64,000 nucleotides of DNA from an uncultured Prevotellaceae bacterium (GTDB lineage Bacteria > Bacteroidota > Bacteroidia > Bacteroidales > Bacteroidaceae), in contig CAMJAO010000001.1 in the NCBI GenBank assembly GCA_946403615.1, positions 2,307 through 66,306 of the forward strand. Direction: 5' to 3'. The notes under the pieces are model-generated. The model saw only the letters and a program-made list of their open reading frames with translations. It was not told where the DNA came from and did not search any database. Positions 28,661 to 41,085 of the stretch are shown here, one piece after another. How positions within the stretch are numbered: the stretch's first letter is position 1; each line of letters opens with the position of its first letter. A program made the position numbers and the translations under genes.

Positions 28661-28736
28661 TGGAGCGGTAAACGGGGCTCGAACCCGCGACCTTCGGCTT
28701 GGGAAGCCAACGCTCTGCCAACTGAGCTACTACCGC
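28661..28736 (-). tRNA. tRNA-Gly(CCC); probable integration target
   Basis: GCGGTAG acceptor stem, anticodon loop TTCCCAA, GGTTCGAG T-loop, encoded CCA. Confidence 0.95.
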
Positions 28737-28754
28737 AAAAAAACTGATTATTTG

Positions 28755-28827
28755 AGCCGATACCGGGACTCGAACCCGGGACCTATTCATTACGAATGAA
28801 TTGCTCTACCAACTGAGCCATATCGGC
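28755..28827 (-). tRNA. tRNA-Thr(CGT)
   Basis: GCCGATA acceptor stem, anticodon loop TTCGTAA, GGTTCGAG T-loop. Confidence 0.95.
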
Positions 28828-28865
28828 TTTTTGCAAAAACAAATGCATTTTGCAGAAATGCGGTG

Positions 28866-28896
28866 CAAAGGTAATTTCTTTTTTTGTATCAGCAAA
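28866..28896 (-). promoter_or_regulatory. Promoter of the tRNA pair
   Basis: Minus strand TTTG-N19-TACCTTTG. Confidence 0.7.
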
Positions 28897-28903
28897 ATTT
28901 TTC

Positions 28904-31720
28904 TTAAACTATTTTTCCGCAAAGATACTTTCCCGTTATACTTTTATCGCATTGAGCAACCTCTTCAGGAGTACCCACGCAAACCACGCCACCACCTTTA
29001 TCTCCACCTTCTGGACCTAAGTCAATCACATGGTCTGCACATTTGATGATGTCTAAATTATGCTCAATGACAATAATAGTATGTCCCCGTTGTATCAATT
29101 TATCAAAAGCCGTCAGCAGACGTTTGATGTCCTTGAAATGAAGGCCGGTGGTGGGTTCATCAAAAATAAATAGGGTAGGGGTCTGCTTCTCCTGGCCGAT
29201 ATAATAGGCCAGTTTCACACGTTGGTTTTCACCACCTGAGAGGGTTGAAGAGCTTTGCCCTAACTTGATATAGCCCAATCCTACTTCCTCAAGAGGTTGC
29301 AAACGGTCCACTATCGTTTTCTGTCCGCCCTCACTGAAAAACTCCACCGCTTCGCTGACGGTCATGTCTAATACCTCGGCGATGTTTTTACCACGGAATT
29401 TCACATCAAGGATGTCACGCTTAAACCGCTGTCCATGACAAGCTTCACATACGAGTTCCAAGTCGGCCATAAACTGCATTTCCACCGTGATGACACCAGC
29501 ACCCTTACATTCTTCACACCTACCGCCATCCGCATTAAAGGAGAAATACTGCGGGCTGAAACCCAACTGTTTTGACAGGGGTTGCTCGGAGAATAATTGA
29601 CGTATGGCATCAAAAGCCTTCACGTATGTGACAGGATTGGACCTGGTACTTTTTCCAATCGGATTCTGGTCCACAAACTCCACGTGGCCGATGGCACGCC
29701 AATCGCCTTCTATCGACGAATATTCACCTGGCGGGTCGCACACCTCATCAAGATGCCGCTTGAGGGCAGGGTAGAGGATGCCTTTGACAAGCGACGATTT
29801 CCCGCTACCGCTCACCCCGGTGACAGCCGTGAACACATTCAGCGGGAACACCACATCTATTCCACGAAGGTTGTTCATCCTTGCCCCTTTTAGAACGATG
29901 GACATGTTCCACGGCCTTCGGGAAGCAGGGACTTCTATGTGTTCTCCTCCGGTTAAGTATTTGAGTGTATGGCTTGCCGGGAACGAGGCCGCTACGTCGG
30001 GGGTGATGTCCTTTGCTGTACCTTGATAAACGATTTCACCTCCCAAACGTCCCGCATCAGGACCGACATCAATGAGATAATCGGCAGCGCGCATCATCTC
30101 CTCGTCATGTTCCACAACCATCACCGTATTCCCTAACGATTGTAATTCGCGTAACACTTGAATCAATCGGTCGGTATCACGACTGTGTAACCCGATGCTT
30201 GGTTCATCTAAGATATAGAGCGAACCGACCAAAGAGCTTCCCAACGAGGTGGTCAGGTTGATGCGTTGGCTTTCTCCGCCGCTCAACGTGTTAGAGCGTC
30301 GATTGAGCGTCAGATAACTAAGTCCCACATTAACAAGAAATTGCAATCTATTCTTGATTTCTATGAGAATACGTTTGGAAACAGCTGTGTCATGTTCATC
30401 GAGCTGAAGTCTGTCAAACCATTCTTTAAGAGCCCATATCGGCATCTCTACCAATTCGGATATGCTTCTTCCGTCAATTTTCACATAGTCGGCTTCTTTC
30501 TTCAATCTTGTTCCATGGCAAACAGGGCATACTGTCTTACCACGGTAGCGGCTCATCATCACACGATACTGAATCTTATACTGGTTTTCCTTGACCATTT
30601 GGAAAAAAGCGTCGATTGACACCTGGTCGTGTATGTCGCGGTGGCGGTCGGATGGCAAACCATGCCAGAGCCAGTCTTTCTCTGTGCGCGACAACTCATA
30701 GTAAGGTTTAAAAATGGGGAAATTATCTATCGCCGCCCGGCGGCAAAACTCTTCCTGCCATATCTTCATCTTTTCACCGTGCCAACATTGTACACACCCG
30801 TCGTAAACACTGAGAGAGGAGTTGGGAATGACCAGTTTCTCGTCTATACCAATCACGCTGCCGAATCCCTCGCACTCGGGGCATGCGCCGGCAGGCGAAT
30901 TAAAGGAAAACATATTGTCGTTGGGCTCCTCAAAATGAATGCCGTCTGCTTCGAATCGGGTAGAAAAAGTGTAGGTGATATTAGATGGCAAAAACAATAG
31001 CCTGCACTCTCCGTCGCCCTCATAAAACGCGGTTTCGGCAGAATCAACTAAGCGCGACAGTGAATCGGGTGCTGCATCGACCGACATGCGGTCCACAAGT
31101 AGCAAAATGTCGCTTCGATGAATAGAAGAAAGATCTGAGTGTTGCTCAATGAAATCTTCTATGCGGTGATATTCACCTTTATAATATATACGCACATAAC
31201 CTTGCTGAAGCAACATCTGCAGTTGCCGTTCAAGCGTACGGTCATCAGAATCACGTAAGGGAGCCATCACGCAAAACTTTGTGCCTTGTGCAAACGATTG
31301 CACGCAAGATATGATGTCCTCGGTAGTATGTTTTTTGACCAATTCACCACTGACCGGTGAATATGTTTTGCCGATGCGGGCGAAAAGTAGCCGCATATAC
31401 TCGTAGATTTCAGTCGAGGTGCCGACTGTAGAACGCGGATTACGGCTGATGACTCTTTGTTCGATGGCGATGGCAGGCGGCAGTCCTTTGATATAATCGC
31501 ATTCGGGTTTACTCATTCGTCCCAGAAACTGGCGCGCGTATGAAGACAGACTTTCAACATATCGACGTTGGCCCTCTGCATACAAGGTGTCGAATGCCAA
31601 AGAGGATTTTCCGCTGCCGCTGACACCAGTTACAACAATCAGCTGATTACGCGGAATGTTGATGTCAATATTTTTAAGATTATTGACTCTGGCGCCTTTA
31701 ACTTGTATATAATCGTTCAT
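28904..31720 (-). CDS. uvrA: Excinuclease ABC subunit A
   Basis: Two ABC ATPase domains (GVSGSGKSS, LSGGE), Zn fingers, EGQRRYVESLS. Confidence 0.97.
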   Translation of the reverse strand: MNDYIQVKGARVNNLKNIDINIPRNQLIVVTGVSGSGKSSLAFDTLYAEGQRRYVESLSSYARQFLGRMSKPECDYIKGLPPAIAIEQRVISRNPRSTVGTSTEIYEYMRLLFARIGKTYSPVSGELVKKHTTEDIISCVQSFAQGTKFCVMAPLRDSDDRTLERQLQMLLQQGYVRIYYKGEYHRIEDFIEQHSDLSSIHRSDILLLVDRMSVDAAPDSLSRLVDSAETAFYEGDGECRLLFLPSNITYTFSTRFEADGIHFEEPNDNMFSFNSPAGACPECEGFGSVIGIDEKLVIPNSSLSVYDGCVQCWHGEKMKIWQEEFCRRAAIDNFPIFKPYYELSRTEKDWLWHGLPSDRHRDIHDQVSIDAFFQMVKENQYKIQYRVMMSRYRGKTVCPVCHGTRLKKEADYVKIDGRSISELVEMPIWALKEWFDRLQLDEHDTAVSKRILIEIKNRLQFLVNVGLSYLTLNRRSNTLSGGESQRINLTTSLGSSLVGSLYILDEPSIGLHSRDTDRLIQVLRELQSLGNTVMVVEHDEEMMRAADYLIDVGPDAGRLGGEIVYQGTAKDITPDVAASFPASHTLKYLTGGEHIEVPASRRPWNMSIVLKGARMNNLRGIDVVFPLNVFTAVTGVSGSGKSSLVKGILYPALKRHLDEVCDPPGEYSSIEGDWRAIGHVEFVDQNPIGKSTRSNPVTYVKAFDAIRQLFSEQPLSKQLGFSPQYFSFNADGGRCEECKGAGVITVEMQFMADLELVCEACHGQRFKRDILDVKFRGKNIAEVLDMTVSEAVEFFSEGGQKTIVDRLQPLEEVGLGYIKLGQSSSTLSGGENQRVKLAYYIGQEKQTPTLFIFDEPTTGLHFKDIKRLLTAFDKLIQRGHTIIVIEHNLDIIKCADHVIDLGPEGGDKGGGVVCVGTPEEVAQCDKSITGKYLCGKIV

Positions 31721-32091
31721 TTTAGCTGAAAAAATCAATTTTCAGCAAAAGTAATCAAAATATGCGATTTATACAAATAATGTGATAAAAAGTTGAGATG
31801 ATGAGTAATTGAGCCAAATGTACAAATTCAACATAATCTACATTATGATAAATAGAGTGCAAGATAAATATGAATATTACTCAAAATGAAAATGACTAAT
31901 CCCCTATTTCAAAATAGTCATCTATTATCATCGAGAGAATAAATAATTAAACAACTAATACCGAGAGTCACGAAAAAATATAAAACAATGTAATTATTCA
32001 ATGATTTCTTGATGATACCGGCTTGTTTTTGAAAAAAAACACGTAAATTTGCACAATCAAATCATCAAACTATTTAAAAACATCAACAATT

Positions 32092-33912
32092 ATGAGCAAA
32101 TATCCTAAAATTGGAATTCGTCCGACGATTGACGGTCGCCAAGGCGGCATTCGCGAAGGTCTTGAAGAAAAAACCATGAATTTGGCATTGGCTGTCAAAA
32201 AGCTGATTGAGTCCAACCTCAGAAATGGTGACGGCAGTTTCGTTGAATGTGTCATTAGTAACACAACCATTGGCCGTGTGGGTGAAAGTGCAGCCTGTGC
32301 TGAACAATTTGAACGTGAAGGTGTTGGCTCTACCATAACGGTCACCTCGTGTTGGTGCTATGGTTCTGAGACCATGGACATGAATCCGTACTATCCCAAA
32401 GCTGTTTGGGGATTTAACGGTACAGAGCGCCCCGGAGCCGTCTATCTGGCCGCCGTGCTTGCAGCTCATGCACAAAAAGGGTTGCCTGCATACGGCATTT
32501 ACGGACATGACGTACAAGACTTGGACGACAATACAATACCTGACGATGTGGCAGAGAAAATCCTTCGTTTTGCGCGTGCTGCACAAGCTGTTGCCACCAT
32601 GCGTGGAAAGTCTTATCTCTCTATCGGAAACACCTGTATGGGTATTGCAGGTAGTATCGTCAACGCTGACTTCCTGCAGCAGTATCTTGGTATGCGTACC
32701 GAATACGTGTCGTTGGTAGAGATCTTGCGGCGTGTGGATTTTGGTATATACGACAAGGAAGAGTTTGAAAAAGCCATGGCTTGGGTTGAAAAATATTGCA
32801 AGCCACAAGAGGGTCATGATTATAATGAAGACCGTCCCCTATTCCCCGGCACACCCATGACTACTTTCAACGGAAAAGGAAAAGGTAAGAATCGTGAGGA
32901 GAAAGATCAGGATTGGGAGTTCACGGTGAAGAATATGATGATTATCCGCGACTTGATGCAGGGCTCAGAGAGGCTGTTGGAAATGGGTTACAAAGAAGAA
33001 GCCATCGGGCATAACGCCATTGCTGCGGGTGTGCAGGGGCAACGCCAATGGACGGACTATAAGCCTAATTTTGATTTCCCCGAGTCGATGATGTGTACTT
33101 CGTTTGACTGGAACGGCCCTCGTGAGGCCAACATCCTTGCCACAGAAAATGATTTTCTCAATGGCATGTCGATGCTTTTTGGCCATCTGTTGACCAATAA
33201 AGGCGTTATGTTCTCTGACATTCGCACCTATTGGAGTCCCGAAGCGGTTGAGCGTGTTGCTGGCAAACGTCCTGAGGGTGCTGCCGCTGGCGGTTTTATT
33301 CATCTTATCAATAGTGGTGCCACCACGCTTGATGCCACAGGCGCTATGAGCGATGAGGCAGGAAATCCCACCATCAAAGCGCATTGGGAGATGAATGAAG
33401 AGGACATGGAAGCTTGTCTCAAAGCGACTAATTGGATGCCTGCCGACCGTGATTATTTCCGTGGTGGCGGTTATTCATCGCATTTCCTCACCCGTGGCGG
33501 CATGCCGATGACCATGTTGCGCATCAATCTGGTTCAAGGTCTCGGCCCTGTGCTGCAATTGGCTGAAGGCTGGACGGTTGAACTCGACCCGAAGACTAAT
33601 GACATCTTAGACAAACGCACAGATCCGACATGGCCCACCACATGGTTTGTGCCACGTTTAGACCCCACCAAAGACGCGTTCAAAGACGTCTATTCTGTAA
33701 TGAACAACTGGGGAGCCAATCACGGAGCTATCTGCTATGGTCATGTGGGTGCAGACTTAATTACGCTGGCCTCTATGCTTCGCATACCCGTGTGCATGCA
33801 CAATATTGCCGACAAGGATATATTCCGTCCTGCGGCATGGAACGCCTTTGGGATGGACAAGGAAGGTGCAGACTACAGAGCCTGTCAGAATTTCGGTCCT
33901 GTCTATCGATAG
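32092..33912 (+). CDS. fucI: L-fucose isomerase
   Basis: [24 protein letters not shown] and WGANHG motifs. Confidence 0.96.
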   Translation: MSKYPKIGIRPTIDGRQGGIREGLEEKTMNLALAVKKLIESNLRNGDGSFVECVISNTTIGRVGESAACAEQFEREGVGSTITVTSCWCYGSETMDMNPYYPKAVWGFNGTERPGAVYLAAVLAAHAQKGLPAYGIYGHDVQDLDDNTIPDDVAEKILRFARAAQAVATMRGKSYLSIGNTCMGIAGSIVNADFLQQYLGMRTEYVSLVEILRRVDFGIYDKEEFEKAMAWVEKYCKPQEGHDYNEDRPLFPGTPMTTFNGKGKGKNREEKDQDWEFTVKNMMIIRDLMQGSERLLEMGYKEEAIGHNAIAAGVQGQRQWTDYKPNFDFPESMMCTSFDWNGPREANILATENDFLNGMSMLFGHLLTNKGVMFSDIRTYWSPEAVERVAGKRPEGAAAGGFIHLINSGATTLDATGAMSDEAGNPTIKAHWEMNEEDMEACLKATNWMPADRDYFRGGGYSSHFLTRGGMPMTMLRINLVQGLGPVLQLAEGWTVELDPKTNDILDKRTDPTWPTTWFVPRLDPTKDAFKDVYSVMNNWGANHGAICYGHVGADLITLASMLRIPVCMHNIADKDIFRPAAWNAFGMDKEGADYRACQNFGPVYR

Positions 33913-33965
33913 ACACCACTCCCCTACTCCATCCACATTGCCGGTGTTCTGTCGAAGGCATCGCG

Positions 33966-34011
33966 AATCAAAAAAGGTACATCCCACGAAGGATGTACCT
34001 TTTTTTGATTC
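33966..34011. terminator. Bidirectional terminator between fucI and the mutase genes
   Basis: AAAAAAGGTACATCC-cacgaa-GGATGTACCTTTTTT. Confidence 0.9.
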
Positions 34012-34080
34012 GTATAAGCTTGTTTCAAATTTCTGTTAGTCAATCAGTTAGAATTGAAACGAGCATCAGTTTGTTGAAGT

Positions 34081-36246
34081 TTATTCCTCGTCAAGAAGAA
34101 TCTTCATCATTTCACAAGCTGCCTTGGCTACAGATGTGCCGGGACCGAAGATAGCTGCTACACCAGCCTTGTACAAGAAATCGTAATCCTGTGCAGGAAT
34201 GACACCACCAGCGATTACCATGATATCTTCGCGGCCCAACTTCTTCAGTTCTTCTATCAACTGCGGGATGAGCGTCTTATGACCGGCAGCCAACGACGAA
34301 GCACCAACGATATGAACATCGTTCTCGACCGCCTCACGTGCAGCCTCAGCAGGAGTTTGGAACAAGGGACCCATATCCACGTCAAAACCACAGTCGGCAT
34401 AACCGGTGGCAACCACCTTGGCACCACGGTCATGACCATCCTGCCCCATCTTCGCAACGAAGATACGCGGACGACGACCCTCACGTTTCGCAAATTTCTC
34501 GGTCAACTCACAAGCTTTCTCAAAGTCGGAGTCGTTTTTACTTTCACTGCTATACACACCAGAAATGGTTCTAATGACTGCTTTATATCTGCCAACGATT
34601 TCCTCGCAAGCATCGGATATCTCACCGAGGGTACAGCGCAGCTGTGCCGCTTTGACGGCGAGTGCCAAGAGGTTCTTCTCAGATTTCTTACCTTCGCTAA
34701 ACTCACGCACACACTCCGTAATCTCTTTCAATGCAGCTTGACAAGCGGCCTCGTCGCGGGCACTGCGTACCTGAGCGAGACTCTCCTCCTGCTGTTTACG
34801 TACGGCTGTGTTGTCAACCTCGAGGATATCAATCGGATCCTCATGGTCCAAACGGTACTTGTTCGTACCCACAATCGTCTGAACGCCTGAGTCGATACGG
34901 GCTTGAGTACGAGCGGCAGCCTCTTCGATACGCATCTTGGGCAGACCTGTCTCAATAGCCTTGGCCATGCCACCGAGTTTCTCGATTTCCTGAATGTGTT
35001 CCCATGCCTTGTGCACCAACTCATTGGTCAGCGTCTCCACATAGTAGGAACCGGCCCACGGGTCGATTTGTTTGCATACCTTCGTTTCGTTTTGGATGTA
35101 AATCTGCGTGTTACGTGCAATACGCGCGGAGAAGTCGGTCGGCAATGCGATGGCCTCGTCAAGGGCATTGGTGTGGAGTGACTGGGTATGACCCAGCACG
35201 GCAGCCATGGCCTCGATACAGGTACGTCCTACATTATTAAACGGGTCTTGCTCTGTGAGCGACCATCCTGAAGTCTGTGAGTGTGTACGCAATGCCAATG
35301 ATTTGGGATTGGTGGCACCGAAACTCTTCACAATCTTAGCCCACAACAGACGACCGGCACGCATCTTCGCAATCTCCATGAAGTGGTTCATGCCGATAGC
35401 CCAGAAGAATGACAGACGCGGAGCGAAAGCATCCACAGGGATTCCGGCGTTGACACCAGTGCGCAGATAGTCCATACCATCGGCCAGCGTATATGCCAAT
35501 TCAATATCAGCTGTAGCACCCGCCTCCTGCATGTGATAGCCGGAGATTGAGATGGAGTTGAACTTCGGCATGTTCTGAGAGGTATATTCGAAGATGTCGG
35601 CGATAATCTTCATCGAGAATGCTGGCGGATAGATGTAGGTATTACGCACCATAAACTCTTTGAGGATATCGTTCTGGATGGTTCCAGCCATCTCTTCAAG
35701 TTTAGCCCCTTGCTCCAAACCGGCAACGATGTAGAACGCCAGGATGGGCAGCACAGCACCATTCATGGTCATTGACACCGACATCTTGTTCAAAGGAATG
35801 CCGGCGAACAACACCTTCATGTTCTCTTCATTACAGATAGAAACACCAGCCTTACCCACATCGCCAACAACACGGGCGTTATCTGGGTCGTAACCACGGT
35901 GTGTGGGCAGGTCAAAAGCGACCGAAAGTCCTTTCTGACCAGAAGCCAGATTACGCCGGTAGAAAGCGTTGGACTCTTCGGCGGTGGAGAAACCGGCATA
36001 CTGGCGGATGGTCCAAGGGCGGAAAGGATACATCATAGAATACGGTCCGCGAAGGTATGGGGGGATACCAGCGGTATAGTCAAGATGCTCCATTCCCTCC
36101 AAGTCTTCCTTGGTATATACGGGGCGCACCTCAATATGCTCAGGTGTTTTCCAATTAGGCTTGATACCGTTAGCCTCAATCCATTCTGTGCCATTAACGG
36201 GATGAATCCCGGCATATATGTCAATATCTTTAAAATTCTTTCTCAT
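34081..36246 (-). CDS. scpA: Methylmalonyl-CoA mutase large subunit
   Basis: WTIRQYAGF and B12-binding GQDGHDRG. Confidence 0.96.
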   Translation of the reverse strand: MRKNFKDIDIYAGIHPVNGTEWIEANGIKPNWKTPEHIEVRPVYTKEDLEGMEHLDYTAGIPPYLRGPYSMMYPFRPWTIRQYAGFSTAEESNAFYRRNLASGQKGLSVAFDLPTHRGYDPDNARVVGDVGKAGVSICNEENMKVLFAGIPLNKMSVSMTMNGAVLPILAFYIVAGLEQGAKLEEMAGTIQNDILKEFMVRNTYIYPPAFSMKIIADIFEYTSQNMPKFNSISISGYHMQEAGATADIELAYTLADGMDYLRTGVNAGIPVDAFAPRLSFFWAIGMNHFMEIAKMRAGRLLWAKIVKSFGATNPKSLALRTHSQTSGWSLTEQDPFNNVGRTCIEAMAAVLGHTQSLHTNALDEAIALPTDFSARIARNTQIYIQNETKVCKQIDPWAGSYYVETLTNELVHKAWEHIQEIEKLGGMAKAIETGLPKMRIEEAAARTQARIDSGVQTIVGTNKYRLDHEDPIDILEVDNTAVRKQQEESLAQVRSARDEAACQAALKEITECVREFSEGKKSEKNLLALAVKAAQLRCTLGEISDACEEIVGRYKAVIRTISGVYSSESKNDSDFEKACELTEKFAKREGRRPRIFVAKMGQDGHDRGAKVVATGYADCGFDVDMGPLFQTPAEAAREAVENDVHIVGASSLAAGHKTLIPQLIEELKKLGREDIMVIAGGVIPAQDYDFLYKAGVAAIFGPGTSVAKAACEMMKILLDEE

Positions 36247-36270
36247 GACTGTGATTTGTTACTGACGACA

Positions 36271-38121
36271 TTAAATACCTAATTTCTGATTATACTCCTT
36301 GAGCGTTTCAAGAACATTGCAACGTACATGGACAAAATTCTCAATACCGGCAGCTTTCAGGTCTTCCATGCAGGCGGGAGCACCAGCCACGACAAACATA
36401 GCACGGCCATTAAGATATTTGAAAGCCGGAATGGCATATTCTGCATATTCATCGTCACTGGAACAAATGACGACGATATCGGCTCCTGCCTCTAATGCTG
36501 CGTCAACACCTTCTTCAACAGTCTTGAAGCCTAAATTGTCTATGACTTTATACCCGGCACAAGCAAGGAAGTTGCATGAGAATTGCGCACGAGCCTGACG
36601 CATCGCCAGATTACCGATGGTAAGCATAAAGGCGACAGGTGTCTTGGCATTCTCGGTATGGATACGCAAATCTTCGAAATCGGCAGCCAGACGGGTGCTC
36701 TCCACGCTTTTGAATGCAGGTTCTTCAGCTTGTCCGCAAGCGCATTTCGCATCTAAAGCACGTTTGCCATCAGATTTCTCTGTGAAATTGGGGAACTGGT
36801 TGGTGCCCAGCAAGAACTCTTTGCGTTTGGCGGCATCACCATGGCGTTTCACGTTGGTGGCATTGATGTCATCCTGAACGGTGCCAGCCTTCACAGAAGC
36901 CAGGAATCCGCCTTCGTCTTCCACTTTCAAGAAGATTTTCCATCCCTCTTGAGCAAGACTGTCGGTCAGGTGCTCGATATAATATGAGCCGGCACCCGCG
37001 TCAACGATCTGAGCGAAATGACTCTCTTCTTTCAGCAACAACTGCTGGTTGCGTGCGATACGCTCAGAAAAATCCGTCGGTTCCTCGTAGGGAGCATCGA
37101 ACGGTGTAACAACCATCGAGTGTACACCAGCCAAGGCTGCACTCATCGCTTCGGTCTGGCTGCGCAAGAGATTGACATAACTGTCAAAAATGGTCTGGTT
37201 GTATTTCGATGTGGTGGCATTGACAATCATTTTGCATGAATTGTCGTCTTTGGGTTCATACTGCTTGACAATCTGAGCCCACAATAGACGAGCGGCACGG
37301 AATTTTGCCAGTTCCATGAAATAGTTCTCCGACACGCCCATGTTGAATTTGATTTTACTGGCAGCCAAATCCACATCAACGCCGGCCTCGGTCAGTTGTT
37401 GCAAGTATTCATTACCCCAAGCCAAGGCATATCCTAATTCCTGTACGATATACGCACCGGCATTATTCAATGCTTCTGAATTGACGGAGATACATCTGAA
37501 ATTGGGATAGTTGGCCAACACCTTGATCAATTCAGGTGCTACGGCGAGCAGACCCGTCGCATCCTTCCCTTTCATGACCATTTTCTCGATGGGGTCGAAA
37601 TCGATAGAACCGACGACTTTCTCCTTGTCGTATCCCTTTTCCTCGAAATAAGCGACGAGAATCTCTGCCAATTCTACAGAATGCCTCTTGCACGTATTAA
37701 AATTCACCTCTATAATATCACAATAGATTTGATCAAGAAGTGTACGTACAAATTCGGCGCTTACCTTGTCACCGGGAATCGTAAAACCAAGAGAGTCAAT
37801 GCCCCTGTTGAGAATGTCAAGAGCCTTTTTGTTTGCCTCAGCTGCATTAGATGCAAAAATGTTCTGTCTGATATACCAGATGTTGTTGTCCTTGTGGTTT
37901 CCTCTGACGAATGGAAATTCACCGGGAAGAGCATCAGGTGTCTTCAGTTTCAAAACATCCTCGCGCCGATAGAACGGCTGCACATTAAAACCTTCGTTTG
38001 TTCTCCAAACAAGTTTCTTGTTAAAGTCAGCACCTTTCAAATCAACTTGAATCTTATCAAGCCATTCTTGAGTTGTCGGTGCAGGAAACTCGCTGAAGAG
38101 TTTTTCCTTGTTGTTTGACAT
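36271..38121 (-). CDS. mutA: Methylmalonyl-CoA mutase small subunit
   Basis: Mutase paralogue lacking the DxHxxG motif; start MSNNKEKLF at 38121. Confidence 0.92.
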   Translation of the reverse strand: MSNNKEKLFSEFPAPTTQEWLDKIQVDLKGADFNKKLVWRTNEGFNVQPFYRREDVLKLKTPDALPGEFPFVRGNHKDNNIWYIRQNIFASNAAEANKKALDILNRGIDSLGFTIPGDKVSAEFVRTLLDQIYCDIIEVNFNTCKRHSVELAEILVAYFEEKGYDKEKVVGSIDFDPIEKMVMKGKDATGLLAVAPELIKVLANYPNFRCISVNSEALNNAGAYIVQELGYALAWGNEYLQQLTEAGVDVDLAASKIKFNMGVSENYFMELAKFRAARLLWAQIVKQYEPKDDNSCKMIVNATTSKYNQTIFDSYVNLLRSQTEAMSAALAGVHSMVVTPFDAPYEEPTDFSERIARNQQLLLKEESHFAQIVDAGAGSYYIEHLTDSLAQEGWKIFLKVEDEGGFLASVKAGTVQDDINATNVKRHGDAAKRKEFLLGTNQFPNFTEKSDGKRALDAKCACGQAEEPAFKSVESTRLAADFEDLRIHTENAKTPVAFMLTIGNLAMRQARAQFSCNFLACAGYKVIDNLGFKTVEEGVDAALEAGADIVVICSSDDEYAEYAIPAFKYLNGRAMFVVAGAPACMEDLKAAGIENFVHVRCNVLETLKEYNQKLGI

Positions 38122-38372
38122 AGTGTTATTATATAAGTAGTAAAATATAAATCGGCCAAAGAAGGCAATTGACATCAGCAACATGCACAACTGCACAGTC
38201 ATTTGAAAGTGCAAAAATAATGGTTTTTCCTGACATTAGAAAATAATTGAGGGTAAATTATTCTTAAAACGTAAAAAAAACAAAAACTTTATGCTCACAT
38301 CAAAAAAAAGTGTGCAAAAATTAGTCTATGCGCACATTTTTGAGTAATTTTGCAACCAATTTTTAGTATGTC

Positions 38373-40061
38373 ATGGACTGGTTTTACGAACTCTTTACAA
38401 ACACGAACTCTATAGCGCACATAGCTATGCTTTATGCGATAGTGATTGCTATAGGAGTTTATTTGGGGAAAATAAAAGTGGCGGGCATTTCGCTTGGAGT
38501 CACTTTCGTATTGTTTGCCGGTATTGTCGCCGGCCACTTTCGGTTTACTGCGCCCATTGATATATTAAACTTCATTCAAGATTTTGGCTTAATCTTGTTT
38601 GTCTTTATGATTGGTCTGCAAGTGGGTCCCGGTTTTTTTGAGAGTTTCAAGAAAGGCGGTGTCTCGCTGAACCTCATGGCTACTGGTGTGATTTTGTTGA
38701 ACATTGGCATTATGTTTGCCTGCTATTATTTGTTCTTTGACACCAATGACTCATACTCTCTTCCGATGATGGTGGGTACGTTGTACGGTGCCGTCACCAA
38801 CACACCGGGTCTTGGTGCCGCCTCGGAAGCGTTGAATGCCATCTTCCCCACCGATGCACCGCAGATTGCATCAGGCTACGCCTGTGCTTATCCGCTGGGT
38901 GTGGTGGGTATCATACTTGCCACAGTAGCAGTGCGATATATCTGCAAAATCAATTTAGGTCAGGAAGAGCATCAGCTTCAAGAAGAAGAGGCAGCCAACC
39001 CTCATGCCAAGCCATGCAAGATGCATATTCGCGTAGCCAATTCTTATTTGGCAGGACGCACTTTGATGCAAATCAGCGATTTTCTGAACAGGGATTTTGT
39101 TTGTTCGCGTATTTTGCACGATGGTCAGGTGTCTATCCCCAACCGCAACACCATCTTTGAAGTGGGCGATGAATTGCTGATTGTTTGTGCCGAAGCCGAT
39201 TCCGAGCCTATCAAGGCGTTTATTGGCCCTGAAATTGAAGCTGACTGGAACGTGGAACTGGAAGCGCAACCGATGGTGTCGAGGCGAATCGTTGTGACGA
39301 GACCCTCCATGAACGGAAAAACCCTGGGCAAGATGCACTTCTCAAGTGTCTATGGCGTGAATGTGACCCGTATCACCCGTCAGGGGATGGATATCTTTGC
39401 CGGCAGAAACCACCATTTCCATATCGGTGACAAAATTATGGTTGTCGGTCCGAAGGATAATGTGGACCGTGTGGCAGAGATTATGGGTAATTCTGTTCGC
39501 CGTCTTGACGCGCCTAACATCGCCACCATATTTATAGGCATTATGTTGGGCATCATCTTCGGTTCCCTACCCTTTGCCATTCCCGGCATGCCCGTCCCCC
39601 TTAAATTAGGTATCGCCGGCGGACCTCTGATTATCGCCATTCTGATTGGACGTTTCGGTTATCGTGTGAAATTAGTGACCTATACCACGACGAGCGCGAA
39701 TATGATGCTGAGGGAAATCGGCCTGGTGCTATTCCTGGCCAGTGTTGGCATTAAAGCAGGAGCTGGTTTCTGGGAAACGGTTATTGCGGGCGACGGATTG
39801 AAATATGTCTATACGGGTTTCCTGATCACGGTCATTCCGATTCTCATCATGGGAACAATTGCCCGTAAAAAATACCATTTCAACTATTTCACCATCATGG
39901 GTATGTTGGCCGGTTCATATACCGACCCACCCGCTTTGGCATACGCCAATCAGGTTTGCAGCAAGGAGGCGCCAGCCATAGGCTATTCAACCGTCTATCC
40001 GCTGAGCATGTTCTTGAGGATCTTCACCGCGCAGATTATCGTTCTATTCTTCTGCGGTTGA
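38373..40061 (+). CDS. AspT/YidE/YbjL-family transporter with TrkA-C domains
   Basis: [21 protein letters not shown] and TDPPALAYA motifs. Confidence 0.9.
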   Translation: MDWFYELFTNTNSIAHIAMLYAIVIAIGVYLGKIKVAGISLGVTFVLFAGIVAGHFRFTAPIDILNFIQDFGLILFVFMIGLQVGPGFFESFKKGGVSLNLMATGVILLNIGIMFACYYLFFDTNDSYSLPMMVGTLYGAVTNTPGLGAASEALNAIFPTDAPQIASGYACAYPLGVVGIILATVAVRYICKINLGQEEHQLQEEEAANPHAKPCKMHIRVANSYLAGRTLMQISDFLNRDFVCSRILHDGQVSIPNRNTIFEVGDELLIVCAEADSEPIKAFIGPEIEADWNVELEAQPMVSRRIVVTRPSMNGKTLGKMHFSSVYGVNVTRITRQGMDIFAGRNHHFHIGDKIMVVGPKDNVDRVAEIMGNSVRRLDAPNIATIFIGIMLGIIFGSLPFAIPGMPVPLKLGIAGGPLIIAILIGRFGYRVKLVTYTTTSANMMLREIGLVLFLASVGIKAGAGFWETVIAGDGLKYVYTGFLITVIPILIMGTIARKKYHFNYFTIMGMLAGSYTDPPALAYANQVCSKEAPAIGYSTVYPLSMFLRIFTAQIIVLFFCG

Positions 40062-40112
40062 CATATAAATATATAATAATACGCAACATATTAAATCTAA
40101 CAACAGCACCTG

Positions 40113-41051
40113 ATGAAAAGATTAGCAATCACCTTAGGAGTGATGTTAATGGTCAGTGTCACGATGTGGGGCCAGGGAGCCAAAAACATCATAATCAATG
40201 AGATACTGACCAAAAACACTTCAAGCATTCTTGATGAGTATGGTGAGCACAGGCCGTGGATAGAATTGGAAAACATTTCGTTCTCCACTTACAATGTGAG
40301 AGGAATGTATATTGCCACAGACACGGCGGTGCTGAACCCGAACTTATCTGCCCCTGAAAGAATCCAAATGATGAGCATGCTGCCCAACGAGGAGAAACGC
40401 ACGTTGATCAGCGGACGCCAGCATCTGATTCTGTTCTTAAACAGTAATCCGGCAAAAGGAGGCACCCACCTCTCTGCCAGAATCAACCCTGATGAACGAG
40501 TGTGGATAGGTTTTTATGACGGCAACGGCATTGACTTGATTGACTCGGTTTGGGTGCCTGTGTTGGCTGAGAATCACTCCTGGAGCAGAGAGCCGAATAA
40601 CCAATGGGTTGTGAAAGAGGCCGACAGCGTTACACCCGGAGCAGAGAACGAAGTTGTGCAAACGGAATCAAAAGTATCAAGGATTAAACGTGAGGACCCC
40701 CACGGATTCGGTATTACATTGCTTTCTATGGGCATTGTGTTTTCGTGTCTTGCGCTGTTGTGCATCTTTTTCACCTTCTTCGGAATCTACATGCGGCACA
40801 AACAGGATTTGAAGAACGCGGTAGAGAAACAACCCTTGAAGTCCGTTGCTAAAGTGGGTGAAGAGGTGGCAGACATCAGTCATAAGACCAATGTGATATT
40901 AAAAGACGGATTGGCATCAAAGGGTATTGACAAGGAGATTTACATCGCGGTGATTTCCATGGCACTGAAACAATATCAAGACGATGTGCATGATGTGGAG
41001 AGCGGAATCATTACGATTACGCCCAAAACGACTAAATGGACCAGAGTATAA
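40113..41051 (+). CDS. OadG-like decarboxylase subunit fused to an N-terminal lamin-tail-like domain
   Basis: Signal peptide, IIINEI...WIELEN, TM GIVFSCLALL and an IAVISMAL tail. Confidence 0.75.
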   Translation: MKRLAITLGVMLMVSVTMWGQGAKNIIINEILTKNTSSILDEYGEHRPWIELENISFSTYNVRGMYIATDTAVLNPNLSAPERIQMMSMLPNEEKRTLISGRQHLILFLNSNPAKGGTHLSARINPDERVWIGFYDGNGIDLIDSVWVPVLAENHSWSREPNNQWVVKEADSVTPGAENEVVQTESKVSRIKREDPHGFGITLLSMGIVFSCLALLCIFFTFFGIYMRHKQDLKNAVEKQPLKSVAKVGEEVADISHKTNVILKDGLASKGIDKEIYIAVISMALKQYQDDVHDVESGIITITPKTTKWTRV

Positions 41052-41085
41052 AAGCATTCACAGATAACCGATAATCACATTAAAT

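Larger units (their letters stand above)
1..28700. mobile_element. Integrated prophage (siphovirus-like), right part; left end lies before the window
   Basis: Co-oriented head, terminase, portal, tail and lysis genes. Terminal tyrosine integrase next to a tRNA 3' end. Visibly higher GC than the host DNA after ~28.5 kb. Confidence 0.95.

Noticed and set aside
28530..29046. ORFs 28530-28790 and 28801-29046
   Set aside because: They overlap the tRNA genes, the att region and the uvrA end.
38122..38372. Cobalamin riboswitch upstream of the mutase
   Set aside because: No B12-box or GGGAA core motifs are recognisable; the gap is AT-rich promoter DNA.
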